Source: Takakia lepidozioides | Lineage: Eukaryota; Plantae; Bryophyta | Reading direction: 5' to 3' | Assembly: GCA_030704615.1 (NCBI GenBank) | Contig: CM060734.1 | Location: forward strand, 61,814,001 to 61,878,000 | Length of the DNA stretch: 64,000 nt | Program-made: the position numbers and the translations under genes | Notes under the pieces: generated by a model | Database searches by the model: none | Seen by the model: the letters and a program-made list of their open reading frames with translations, nothing else | Told to the model about the DNA's origin: nothing | Shown: positions 14,463 to 27,000 of the stretch, in pieces | Layout of the letters: every line of letters begins with the position of its first letter | Numbering within the stretch: the first letter of the stretch is position 1

Positions 14463-14770
14463 AGGCTGTGTTGAGAGTGTGACAGGCTGTGTCATACTGT
14501 GTTACGCTGTGATAGGCTGTGTGTTGCACTGTGGTAAGCTGTGATAGGCTGTGACACGCTGCGGTAGGTTGTGATAGGTGTCACGTGGACGGGTGGTCTG
14601 TGATAGGCTGTGTCACGCCGTGATGGGCTGTGATAGGCTGTGTCACGTCGTGATGGGCTGGGTGTGATAGGCTGTGTGTCACGACGTGAGGCGTGGGTGT
14701 TGTGGCTGTGATAGGCTGTGTGTTGTGTCCGCCGTGATGGGCTGTGGCTGTGTGATAGGCTGTGTCACGT
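14463..14770 (-). repeat. Internal CACAGCC tandem array, copy B
   Basis: Repeated GTGATAGGCTGTG units. Confidence 0.85.
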
Positions 14771-17700
14771 TTGTTTTGCCCACCTGGTCATATATACTGG
14801 GCCTAGCGACAAGTGTTCCATACTCCGTTCGTAACACTGGTGCAGCCCGTGACTGCTCTTGCGGTTCAACATGCAAATCATGCTGCAGGGGTTTGTCATG
14901 GATACCACTGTACCCTTCAACTTATTTGCATTGACTCTTCCCAGCATTTCTTTGTTAATGGTTTGTAACATGGCTGTGTTTGTTATCATACATCTTTTGT
15001 ATGACATAAGGTCCTTTCCATGGTGATTTAAGCTTAGAAGCTTGAATCTTTCCTTTCTTCTGCAACCATAGAACCAAATCCCCCGTCTTAAAAGTCTTTA
15101 ACTTGCCTTCATCAAACTGTTCCTTTCTTCATCTGAATTCTGGTCATATTATCAGCTGCATCAGCACGTACTTCTTCCACATGGTATAATTCATGTTTCC
15201 TGACCTTGATGGAGTCTTGCAATTCCATTCTTTTTCCCCACTCCGTTCTCATGGTAGGTAACAGAATTCCACTGGAAGTAAGGCTTCCATACCATAAACT
15301 AATTGGAATGGTGTATACTTAGTGGTGACTTTATATGAAGTCCTGTATGACCACAAAGCTGTCAGCAGCTTTGTATCCCAATCCGTTCTGTTTGCATTGA
15401 CTATCTTAGCCAAGATAGTACATAGTATTTTGTTGGTAGCCTCTGCCTGCCCATTACCCTGTGGGTAATATGTTGTACTCTTTCTATGCACAATCATAAA
15501 CTCTTTAGTCAATAACTCAATGGTCTCATTCATGAAGTGACTTCCTTGATCACTGATAAATTCTAAGGGACATCCAAATCGTGTAAGTATGTTCTCGTAC
15601 AGGAACCTTGCTGTGGACTTGGCTGTGTTGTCCCTCAAAGCTTTAGCTTCCACCCACTTTGTAGTATAATCAGTGGCTGTGTGTATTATGTACCTGTTTC
15701 GTGTATTCTTGGATGGTGGATTAATTGGTCCAACAAAGTCTAGTCCCCATTTCTGAAATGGTTCCGTAGGCATTGTAGGATGCAAGGCCATTCTTCCAGA
15801 TCTCTGCAAAGGTCCTAGCCTCTGACATTCATCACACTTCTGACAATACTCATGTACATCTTTGAACAAGTAGGCCACCAGTATCCTGCGAGTAGTATCT
15901 TTCTACTGGTAGTCTCTTCTCCAAAATGACCTCCAGCCACTCCTTTATGAACTTCCTCCAAGACTTTATTTACTTCATGGTGGTACAAGCATCGTTTTAG
16001 TACTCCATCAGGTCCTAACTTATACATGCTTCCTACCATAGTATAAGGTAAAGCTTTGATAGCAATTCTCTTCCTCTGCTCCTTACCATAACTAGGTGGG
16101 CACTGACATGAGCAAGGTAGTATCTGATTGGCCACTGCCAATCTAACCATTCATCTGCACTTCCTTGCACCTCCATTATAAATAAAACTCGCATCAGGTA
16201 ACTGATCGTCCACTCCTGTGGCGGCCTCTCCTGTTGTTAGTCGTGACAAATGATCTGCCACAAGATGCAAACGGCCAGGCTTGTAAATAACCTCGAACTC
16301 AAACTCATGCAAGATTATTAACCACCTCGCTATCCTTCCACTTATCAAAGGTTTGTTCACCAGATATATCAGAGCCTGGTGATCCACATAAAACATAAAC
16401 TTTCTTCCCAATAGGTAATGCCTGAATTTCTTGACTGCATAATCATTGCCAATGCTTCTCTTTCCGTTGTACTATAGTTCCTCTCAGCACTGTTCATCAA
16501 CCGGCTAGCATAGTACACAGGTGAATCTATATTCCCTGTAACATTCTGGGCTAACACCGCTCCCAACGCTTCTCCTGATGCATCGCAGTGAACATGAAAT
16601 ACTACATGCCAGTGAGGGTTAATCAGCACAGGTGTAGTTGTTACTGACAGTGTAAGTTCCTCAAACGCCTGTTGACATTCAGCTGTCCATGCAAACACTG
16701 CATCTTTCTTCAGAAGCTTGCTCAATGGTGCTGCTATTTGTGCATACCTTTTGACAAATCTTCTGTAATAACTGGTTTGCCCAAGGAATCTCCTTAAACT
16801 CTTAACATTCACTGGTGGTGGAGAGACTTTAATGGACTCTGTCTTCCTGGGATCCACAAGAAGTCCCTTCTTACACACTATGTGTCCCAGAAGCACCCCT
16901 GAGTTCACACAGAAAGTACACTTCTCTGGATTCAGGCCCAGACCTCTCATCCTGCATCTGGCCAGGCATAACTCCAATTTATGCAAGTGCTCATTCTTAG
17001 AGCTGTACACACTGAAATCATCCAGATACTCATGAAAAGATTCACTTATCACTCTCTGAAAGGTCGCTGGTGCATTACAAAGTCCAAAGGGCATGACTTT
17101 GTATGCATAAGCCCCCCAGTCTGTGATGAAAGCTGTTTTCCCTTGGTCTTCTTCTGCCACTTGCACTTGATTATAACCACTGAAGCCATCCATGAATGAG
17201 TACATCTCATGGCCTGCCACAGTGTCTAATACTGCTTCTGTGAATGGCAAAGGGAAAGGATCTTTCTTCGTACAAGCATTCAGCTTCTTATAGTTCACAC
17301 ATACTCTTAGTTTGCCATTCTTCTTGGGAACTATAACAATGGGTGACAACCAAGTTGTATACTCTATTGGGTATATAAACTTAGCCTCAGCCAACTTCTT
17401 TATCTCTTCTCCAACCTTCTGTGCGTAGTTGGGATTCATTCTATACCTCGCCTGCTTGATTGGTACTGACCCTGGTTCCAGTTCAATTTATGCTGACAGA
17501 CTTCAGGTGGTATCCCTTTTAGATCCTCATAGCTCCAAGCAAATACATCTCTGTATTTGATGAACAAGCTTTTGCTTCTTCGAAGAATTCCGGCTCCAAA
17601 TCAGCTCCTACTTTCACCATCCTCGGTTCCTCCTGAGTTCCACATTTACTTCTCTCACCTGCTCATCAGCTGTGATTGTCCAACCGGTCACCACTTCATC

Positions 17701-20700
17701 CTGTAAGCTCACAGTGGCTGGTTCTTCTAGGATTTCTATTTCTCCTTCTCTTTCTTCATAGAAATGTGATGGGTAAATGCTGGTTTCTTCTTCAGTTGGT
17801 GTTGCTGTCACTACACCACAGCAGATACCTCTCAAACAACTTAGGCTTTCCAGCCGCATCTCTGCAACCTGCTCCCATTCTGGGTGTGCAGCAAATAGGG
17901 TAGCTTCCTGCTCCTCATCCAGTCCTCCCCTCCAGTCATACTCTCTGACTCCTCGAGGTCTTCTTGTAGCAGGTAATCTACTAGATTTCTTTGTGGTAAT
18001 TTGTATCTCGTGCATCCCATTATGCACAGTTAGTAACTGAGAATTCCAGTCATGGAATACCCTGGCCTGTTTCAGCCACGGACGTCCCAATAATAAGGAG
18101 TAAGCCTCCATGACTTCATCCATTTTTAATACAGTTACTGTGATCATAAAGATCATTTTCTGTATCTGTATCTTAACTCCTCTTATTAATCCCAATGGCT
18201 GTACACTTCTTTGATCTGCCATTGTTACTGTAAATGGGGCTGGTTTCATGTTACTTAGACCAAGCTTCTTCCTTAATTGGTCTGTCATGATATTTACTCC
18301 AGAACCACCATCTATCAGTACATCAGTTAGTTCTGTGCTTCCAATTCTCAATTGGATTACTGGCATAGAATCATCAAAGTCCATGACTAGTTCTCGCCCT
18401 TCCGGCTTCACATTATAACTGGTCACCTTGCTGTTCAGGTCTGTGTTTCCTGTCTCTTGGGCAATTCGATTGATTGCCTGATACAGCCTGTGCCTACAAT
18501 AAGGTGCCACAGCTAATAGCTGTCCAATGGTAATTTCTGCTTTGGTCTGACATATTACTTCAGCCAAAGTCTTTCATTACTTTGCATGTCTGCATCTTCT
18601 TTTTTCCTTTCTTCCTCACTCCCCTCTTTTTCTCCATCCGAATCAGAGGAATCTGCCACAGGAATATCCGTACTCTTTTGCATTTCCCTTATAGTATCCG
18701 CCACTTCCTTGTGCAGTTCCTTCTCATCTTTCCAAGTCTCTTCATCTTCAGGCATATCATTGCCACTTCCAGTCTCATCTTCTTCCTCTTCTACTGGAGG
18801 TATTAGTTTGGCTTTACTTCTTGTTACTATCATTGTACTTACTTCTGGTACAACACATGGCCTAACCATGTGAGCTGCCACCACTGGGCCCTCATTCACA
18901 GGAGCTCTCATCTCATTTGGTGTCTTATCCAGAATGAACAGGCTGCCTTGCGATGTCCTGGCTGATTACAATAGTAACATAGCTCTTCACCATTGGGTCC
19001 TCGCCCTTGGTCTGTTCTTGGATTATTTCTATAATCCTGATTCCCGGGCTGGTAATCCCCCTTGGATTACCCTGATAGTTGCCTCTGGAATTTCCTTGGT
19101 AATTCCCTCTTGAATTACCTCTCCCTTCCATGCCATTGTTATAACCACCAGACCTACCATAGTGGTCCTGATCATTGCTTCTTCTTGGCTGGGGCTGCAC
19201 CTGATGCACCCTCACTTGCCTAGGTTCTCTTGCAGCTGTCCTTCTGTTGTAGTAACAATTCTCAGTAGAATGGTTATCCATTTTACAGATAGTACAGTGT
19301 TTCTCCTTCATGTGGCATTCTGCAGTGGTATGGCCTTCATTCTGGCACTTTGCACACCATACACCCTTCCTCCAATGTGTTGCAGCCTCTGTGGCATACT
19401 TCTTCAAGATTTCTTCCAATCTTTTCTCATAGTTATCCCTCTTCAACTTTTCCTTTCTCTTACTCTTTCTTTTTAGTTCTTGCTCTTCTTCTTCATCTGA
19501 CTCATCTTCAGAGTCCTCATCTTCCTTTTTCTCTCTCCTGAGCATTCCCAATTGCTCAATTCTGTTTGCAGTTTCAAATGCCTCCTCCACTGTATTATGG
19601 GGTAACATATCCACTTTCTTCTGCAACTCTGGTCTTAGTCCACTCACAAACCAAGTCTTCTGTAAACCGGGTGCTGGTACTGCAGCCAGCTTTTTCATCA
19701 TCAATTCCATCTTCTCCATATACTCTTCAACAGTTTCATGCTTCTTCTGCTTCAGCTGTTGTAAACTTCCATACACTTCATCCTCAGTTTTACTTGTCCT
19801 GAACCTATTTCGAAATGCTGTATTCAAGCCATTCCAGGTTAGGAAATGATTATCAGGGAATCTTGCATACCATTCACTTGCTTTCTTGATAAGTGAACAA
19901 GGAAACAGTCTCATCTTGGCATCATCGCCATTCTCATTGTTCACTATACACATGTGCTCAAATTGGCTAATGTGTACATCGGGATCCCCTTTTCCTGAAT
20001 ATATTGGAAAGGGTGGTTTTGCCCGTGTTGGTTGTAACGCCATCTGTGGCCCTACCTTCTGCCCACTGACAGGTGCTGGCACCCTTGCTGGTGCTGGTCC
20101 TTCTGGACCTGTTGTTTTTGTGGTGGATCTTCCACCAAGTGGTGGCCCTTGAGCACTCCCTGCTTCTGGCCCCACGATATTCACAGTATTCCCAGCTTCA
20201 GTTGCACTACTTCCCACACTCCCTGTCCCCCCAGAGCCAGATCCAGGCAGCCCGCCTGATCCCCCTGAGCCGACACCTTCGTTGGCCTGTGATCCAAGTG
20301 CTCCACTTGATCCAGGTCCAACGGGTTGGGATGTCCTGGTTGTAGTCTCAACCTCAGCTGTTGGGTCTACTTCTTCATATTCTTCATCTTCCAATTTCTT
20401 CTCTCTGTTTTCATCCTCCAAGTTCTGCCCTTGGGTTTCTTCTTCACTCATGTAACTCAACTGTAATGGTGTTGGAGAGTCTGAACTCTCCGTTGGCTCT
20501 GCCACATCCTCATCTCCTTCTTCATCTTCTGCTTCAGAAACTGGAGTTCCTGCTTTTGGTGTTCCATGCCAACTCTTATCAAAGATTTCTGTCAAGTCTT
20601 TTATCCAAGGATGTACCTCAGATCTTTCACCTCGTGATTGATCTTCTTCCTGTACCAATTCCCTTAATCTTTCTTGCAAAGAAACAGAAGGAGTGGCATC

Positions 20701-20872
20701 CAACTCTAGTTCTTCCGGTATAGGTGATGCACTTTTGATCTTGATGGTGTGAGAGGTCCAGATGATTCCCCTATGTCTATTCCTCTCTCCAAAGATATGG
20801 ATAATTAGCTTTCAGATAGCTTTCTCTTTTTGATGAATATCTTTGTCGTCTAGCTTCTCTTTCATCACTCAT
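14679..20872 (-). pseudogene. gag-pol polyprotein of copy B, several frameshifts
   Basis: ORFs 18925-20703 (gag, CCHC), 17614-18567 (PR), 16369-17439 (RT/RH), 15249-15878 (INT core); ATG at 20872. Confidence 0.93.
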
Positions 20873-20893
20873 GTCCCATGTCTTTCATTTCTT

Positions 20894-21589
20894 TTAATGT
20901 GGCAATAACCAAAACTCTCTTCTGTAATATCTCTCGTATATGCCTGGATTTCTTTCAAGCTTCAATGCACCCTTGGCTATACTTGAAGTCTCCGTTACCA
21001 TATAACCATATGGCAAACAAGTCTGAAAAGCTGTTCTTGGTGTGAGTTTGATCCACAAAATATCCTTTGGAATCCAATTCTTTACCAGTACAAGCTCTTC
21101 ATGCATATGAGTATAAACATTCACCTTTCTTTCTTCCCAGCCTTCAAACTCTACTCGTTTAATGGATAGCAACGCTATCACATAAACTAATGTTGGTAAC
21201 CAACGTGCTCTTCCTCTACAGGCTACCTGATAAATCTTTATCACTCCTTTCTCCAGACCCCATTCTGGATCAGCATCATGCACTCGTTTAAGAATATTTT
21301 CTTTACATCCGTCTGGCAATTCCAAGAACCTTTGAAAGAATTGTTTGGACAATCTTTCTTCCTTCGTTCCACAGGGAATTTGATTCACTTCAAATTCTTT
21401 AATGGTCCAACCACCATGATCCCACCAGATGCCTGTCACATCTGGTTGTTCATGTCCCAGGTCCCCAGTATGGTCGCCAAATGTCGCGCGGCTTTTACTC
21501 ACCCATCCCTTCGCTATCCGAGGCGGAAACTCCAAGATAGAAGAGTTGGAAATCTCTAAGTACTCAGCCCGCGCAGAACAATCAGTCAT
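20894..21589 (-). CDS. 231-aa ORF upstream of gag, starting in the LTR and crossing the PBS (unknown function), copy B
   Basis: Intact; differs from the copy E ORF at only 2 residues, with about 5 synonymous differences. Confidence 0.7.
   Translation of the reverse strand: MTDCSARAEYLEISNSSILEFPPRIAKGWVSKSRATFGDHTGDLGHEQPDVTGIWWDHGGWTIKEFEVNQIPCGTKEERLSKQFFQRFLELPDGCKENILKRVHDADPEWGLEKGVIKIYQVACRGRARWLPTLVYVIALLSIKRVEFEGWEERKVNVYTHMHEELVLVKNWIPKDILWIKLTPRTAFQTCLPYGYMVTETSSIAKGALKLERNPGIYERYYRREFWLLPH
21462..21479 (-). promoter_or_regulatory. Primer binding site of copy B (tRNA-Arg-like)
   Basis: TGGCGACCATACTGGGGA on the - strand, 2 nt from the LTR end. Resembles the tRNA-Arg PBS of Ogre/Tat; the tRNA identity is inferred. 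Confidence 0.85.
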
Positions 21590-22603
21590 GACCTACAGCT
21601 AGTGTATCATGGGGGTGTTTCCTATTTGTTTCCTTTTCCGCATTCATCTTAGCTACCTTACCATTGATAATTAAGTATCAGTTTGCTTCATCAATTTATC
21701 GGTTTCCTTAACTCCTCCATTCAATCCACAGCTTCACTCAGATCTCTCTACACAGTGTGATTGTATCGTATAAGTATCAGATTATGATTTATCAGGTATC
21801 AGGCCGAAGCCATTATGTCTCTATTCTTCTTTCCTATATCACTATAGCTTTGCATATAACAAGCATCTACTAATCCTCTTTTCTCCTTCATCGTGCTCTC
21901 CGATCTCCGCTCCCGCCTGACTCCGAAGTCCTCCCCGAATAATGATCCCTTTCTTCATTCCCCGTTTTTCCCTTTATCCTCCTATCCGCGGTTCTAACCG
22001 TTTCCCTCTCTAACCGTCGTATGTGAACTAACATGTTCCCTTCACAGGTGTTGTTCCCACAGTCGTTCCCTGTCCTACTCTTCGTTCCCTATTATCGTGA
22101 CAGCTGTGTCAAGCGGTGACTGGCTGTGTTGGCTGTGTCGGGCTGTGACTGGCTGTGTGGCTGTGCCGGGCTGTGTGACTGGCTGTGTGGGCTGTGTCTG
22201 CTGTGACGACTGTGACGGGCTGTGTGGGCTGTGTGGGCTGTGTGGGCTGTGACGACTGTGACGGGCTGTGTGGGCTGTGACGGCTGTGTGGGCTGTGTGG
22301 GCTGTGACGACTGTGACGGGCTGTGTGGGCTGTGTGGGCTGTGACGGCTGTGTGGGCTGTGACGACTGTGACGGGCTGTGTTGGCTGTGTGGGCTGTGAC
22401 GGCTGTGTGGGCTGTGACGACTGTGACGGGCTGTGTTGGCTGTGTGGGCTGTGACTGCTGTGTCGGCTGTGTGGGCTATGTAACCCCCCTCTACAGTGCG
22501 CTGCTGTCACCCCTAAGGTTCCTGTTTGTCTCAGTCTGTGCAAAAATTAAGGGTACCCTACAGATCCCGTATAAGTGTCTAAGTCCCCTACAGTCCTCTA
22601 ACA
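21482..22603 (-). repeat. 5' LTR of copy B (1122 bp, long internal tandem array 22097-22478)
   Basis: TGT...ACA termini; adjacent PBS. Confidence 0.95.
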
Positions 22604-24030
22604 ATGATCAATTACCAGATGCGAGTCTATTTGCAGTGGAGGTGCAGGGAAGTGCAGATGACTGGTTAGATTGGCAGTGGCCAATCAGATACTACCTTGC
22701 TCATGGTCAGTGCCCACCTAGTTATGGTAAGGAGCAGAGGAAGAGAATCGCTATCAAAGCTTTACCTTATACTATGGTAGGAAGCAGAATGTATAAGCTA
22801 GGACTGATGGAGTACTAAAACAATGCTTGTACCACCATGAAGTAAATAAAGTTTTGGAGGAAGTTCATAAAGGAGTGGCTGGAGGTCATTTTGGAGAAGA
22901 GACTACCAGTAGGAAGATACTACTCGCAGGTTACTGGTGGCCTACTTTGTTCAAAGATGTACACGAGTATTGTCAGAGTTGTGATGAATGTCAGAGGCTA
23001 GGACCTTTGCAGAGATCTGGAAGGATGGCTTTGCATCCTACAATGCCTACGGAACCATTTCAGAAATGGGGACTAGACTTTGTGGGACCAATTAACCCAC
23101 CAGCCAAGAATACACGAAACAGGTACATAATTACAGCCACTGATTATACTACGAAGTGGGTGGAAGCTAAAGCTTTGAGGGACAACACAGCCAAGTCCAC
23201 AGCAAGGTTCCTGTATGAGAACATACTTACACGATTTGGCTGTCCCTTAGAATTTATCAGTGATCAGGGAAGTCACTTCATGAATGAGACCATTGAGTTG
23301 TTGACTAAAGAGTTTATGATTGTGCATAGAAAGAGTACATCATATTACCCACAGGGTAATGGGCAGGCAGAGGCTACCAACAAAATACTATGTACTATCT
23401 TGGCTAAGATAGTCAATGCAAACAGAACAGATTGGGATACAAAGTTGCTGACAGCTTTGTGGTCATACATGACTTCCAGTGGAATTCCTGTTACCTACCA
23501 TGAGAACGGAGTGGGGAAAGAGAATGGAATTGCAAGATTCCATTAAGGTTAGGAAACATGAATTATACCATGTGGAAGAAGTACGTGCTGATGCAGCTGA
23601 TAATATGACCAGAATTCAGATGAAGAGAAAGGAACAGTTTGATGAAGGCAAATTAAAGACTTTTAAGACGGGGGATTTGGTTCTATGGTTGCAGAAGAAA
23701 GGAAAGATTAAAGCTTCTAAGCTTAAATCACCATGGAAAGGACTTTATGTCATACAAAAGATGTATGATAACAACACCGCCATGTTACAAACCATTAACA
23801 AAGAAATGCTGGGAAGAGTCAATGCCAATAAGTTAAAGGGATACAGTGGTATCCATGACAAACCATTGCAGCATGATTTGCATGTTGAAACGCAAAAGCA
23901 GTCACGGGCTGCACCAGTGTTACCAACGGAGTATGGAGCACTTGTCGCTAGGCCAAGCATATATGACCAGGGCAGGCGGAAAACGCAAAACACAGCCTAT
24001 CACAGCCCATCACAGCCCATCACAACGTGA
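22604..24030 (+). pseudogene. Integrase of copy C (frameshift and 62-bp deletion)
   Basis: HHCC zinc finger, WGLDFVGP, ISDQGSHF, PQGNGQAE; WKGLY variant of the GPY/F motif. Confidence 0.92.
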
Positions 24031-27000
24031 CACAACCTATCACAGCCCAGCACGGCGCAACACAGCCTATCACAACCTACCACCGCGTGTCACAGCCTAT
24101 CACAGCTTACCACAGTGCATCACAGCCTACCACAGCGTACCACAGTATGACACAGCCTGTCACAGCTCAACACAGCCTACTAGGGTTACACGATCCATAG
24201 AATCAGTGACAGGTGGACGCACAATAACTTCAGGAAAATGGCTGAGGGAAGAAAAGACGGAAACCAGTTTAAAAATAGACAAGTGGAAGTCAGGGCGCGA
24301 CACACAGCTGAGAAGGAAGTGCAAGAACATGTGTCATCAAGAAAGAGGACAAAGATGGCCGTCAAAGTACCTACGTAGCGCGTCAAATTGGATGAAAGGC
24401 GGGCCCATTAATGAATACGGTAAAAGGGGAACGCAACAAACGGCAAGTACAGAAAAGCGAAATTCTTGTCACATGTGTGATCCTAGTGGACTATCCAGCA
24501 GGGAAAGTCCACTAAAGAAAATGAAATCTAAAATCAAGTCACAGCGGTTACAGCCAATAGAAAGCCAGAGAAAAGATCAAGAAATTGGAGGGAAATTAAG
24601 CGCAAGAGGCGGCGTCGTTCTGAGTAACGGGCGTCTCGACGGGACAGACCATCAATGCGATAGCTTTGAAACTATGGAGGAACTAACAGACTATACACTT
24701 GCAATACTACTTACGCAGTGGCATAGGGACGAAACAACAGAGCGGATCTTTTCTCTTGAGCGATGCTTGCAAGCCCCGCAGGCTTACAAGAAATTACCCA
24801 TAGCTTTTTGTGGAAACCATACGTTTATGCTTTGTGCACTACAGGCATTTCTGCAGTTGTTACAGCCAAAACATTTTTGTGGGTCTAAAATGAAGAGAGT
24901 GAGAGGAATGGAGGAAATCAGGGTGAAAAGCACCACAATTCTGCAGAAACAAACGATTGCTACCCCACAGGCGATACAGATACTGAAGGAGCTGAGATTG
25001 CAAGGATTGCAAAGCATAGATTGGACATTACACCATAGACAGTACATGTTACAATTTTTGCAGAACTTTGAGCCAAGGACATGAACAACAACGGTGAAGG
25101 GAGTTGAATTATTAATTACTCCCCTATACCTCCAGCAATTGTTTCGATTGCCAGCAGGTCAGGTGCATGTGGAGGAACACAGGGCAAGACTGCAAATAGG
25201 GGACTTATTCCAAGAAGGGAGTTTATTTAAAACTCAGGGTTATGCTTGTACAAAGGCTGTGTACCCAGGGCTAAAGGAGGTAGGCCAGGTATTGAACGTT
25301 CTGATTGCCATGAAACAGAACCAACAGTATTTGAGCAGATCCTTCACGGAGGAAATACTCAAAGCCCTGAAAGGACAAGAGGTAGAATGGGCGGACATAA
25401 TGTACAACGCACTGGTAGAGGAGATGAAAAGATTACAAGGTACTACCGCAAAGTCTCCTATCATAGTGTCTGGCCCAATCATTGCTCAAATAATTCTTGA
25501 TTCTGGCATACTTGATGCACAAGAAAGAAAGGAGATGGGAGTGTTTGAGCCAGAAACCACTGCAATGGAAGAGCAAGGCTCTTCACACAGTGAGGGTGGA
25601 CTAGCAGGGCAACCCGAGACTAAGAGGCAGAGACGGGGAAAGACTGTAGTGGCGGATCCACTGGCTTCACGGATTCCGCATGATAATGTTTCCCAAGCTC
25701 ATGTGCAGGAAGGGGCACAGCAGCACAGAGAACTGCTATTACTGGAAGCAGGACCTTCAGAGAGGGAGGAGGAAGTTACTTCAGTATCACAACCATCATA
25801 GCCAGCTGATCGGCTTGTCACGAGGTTACAAGTTGTCCATGCAGCTCAACCAGAAATAATTGATTTGGAAAAAGAAGGGTTAGATATTCCAACTACAGAA
25901 CAGATAGTGGCAGAAATTGAGAAGGGGGACCTTCTCTATGAATATTCTGGTCTGGTCAAGGAGACAGAGATTCCAGAGGTGCAACAGTTGCCCAAGGGAA
26001 ATCCTGAGGTGTATATAATACATACACCTATGTCGGAGGTACCACAAGTACAATGTCAAGACACTACAGCACCGGTGATGGATGAAGTGGTTCAAGAAGA
26101 AAATCCGGTGGGACAATGGCCTGAGTGGTTCGTGAGACATCACACTGTTGAGGATCAGGAGGAACAGCAGCAACCTCACCATGATGACCCTCAACAGGCA
26201 ATGCTGATGAGTTCCATAGGCAGGACACTTAATTTGTTGGGGACTTATGTCAAATCCCATGTTCCAACTACCCAATTGACAGCCTTGAGAGAGGAACTCA
26301 GGAAGGTATTTGAGGCTCGACTAGCCACTGAGTGTGCAAACAAGGTCGATGAAGAGGTCACTCTCAAGATGCAGCAAGACTTGGAGAATACATAAGCGGC
26401 TTTGCAATTGGCCAAGGAACAATTGATTGAGGCAGGCCTCGCGCAAGACCAGTTGCACGAAGCACATAAGCAACAGCTATACCAAATGCAGGTGCAGCAT
26501 GAAAGCAAGTTGCAAGAAGTGAATGCACTACATACGGAGTTGCAGACAGTGCATGACAGGATGGCCATACAATGTGCTACATTCACAACTATGCTTGACC
26601 AATCTACAAAAGAAATAAACAGTCAAGCGGAAAAATGTACGAAGGCAGAAGAAGAGAATGTTGAGCAAATGAAACTCATTGTCGATATGAAGAATACAAT
26701 CTGTCGCAATGAGGATACTTTCAAGCGATACAGGCAGGTTGAAGCTGATCAAGAGAAGCACATCGTGGAGTTGCAACAAACGCTCATGGCCAATAGAAAT
26801 GAAATCACGGTCACTAACAAGGTTTGGAAGGAAGCTAATAATCTACTTGCTGCCTATGCGAATTTGGTTGAACCTCATGCGAAGCGCATGGAGGCTTTAC
26901 AACAGCAGTTAGAAGTGTACAAACTAAGAGAGGAGCACACTCTCAGGGGAACCACAAGCAACTTGGTGGATAACAGCCTTGTGCAGGTCTGGTTAGCACA

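Larger units (their letters stand above)
10055..22603 (-). mobile_element. Ty3/Gypsy copy B (subfamily II), near full length, inserted into pol of copy C
   Basis: 3' LTR remnant 10055-10191, PPT, extra ORF, pol, gag, 5' ORF, PBS 21462-21479, 5' LTR 21482-22603. Copy C pol (DDQLPDASLF) resumes at 22604. Confidence 0.95.

Noticed and set aside
22109-22543. H/S/Q/P-rich ORFs in the LTRs (also 606-902, 28540-28803, 37743-38141, 41147-41395)
   Set aside because: They are translations of the tandem array; non-ATG starts, and length and frame vary between copies.
22378-22818. Chimeric ORF joining antisense LTR to integrase
   Set aside because: Chance read-through across the B/C insertion junction; TTG start within repeats.
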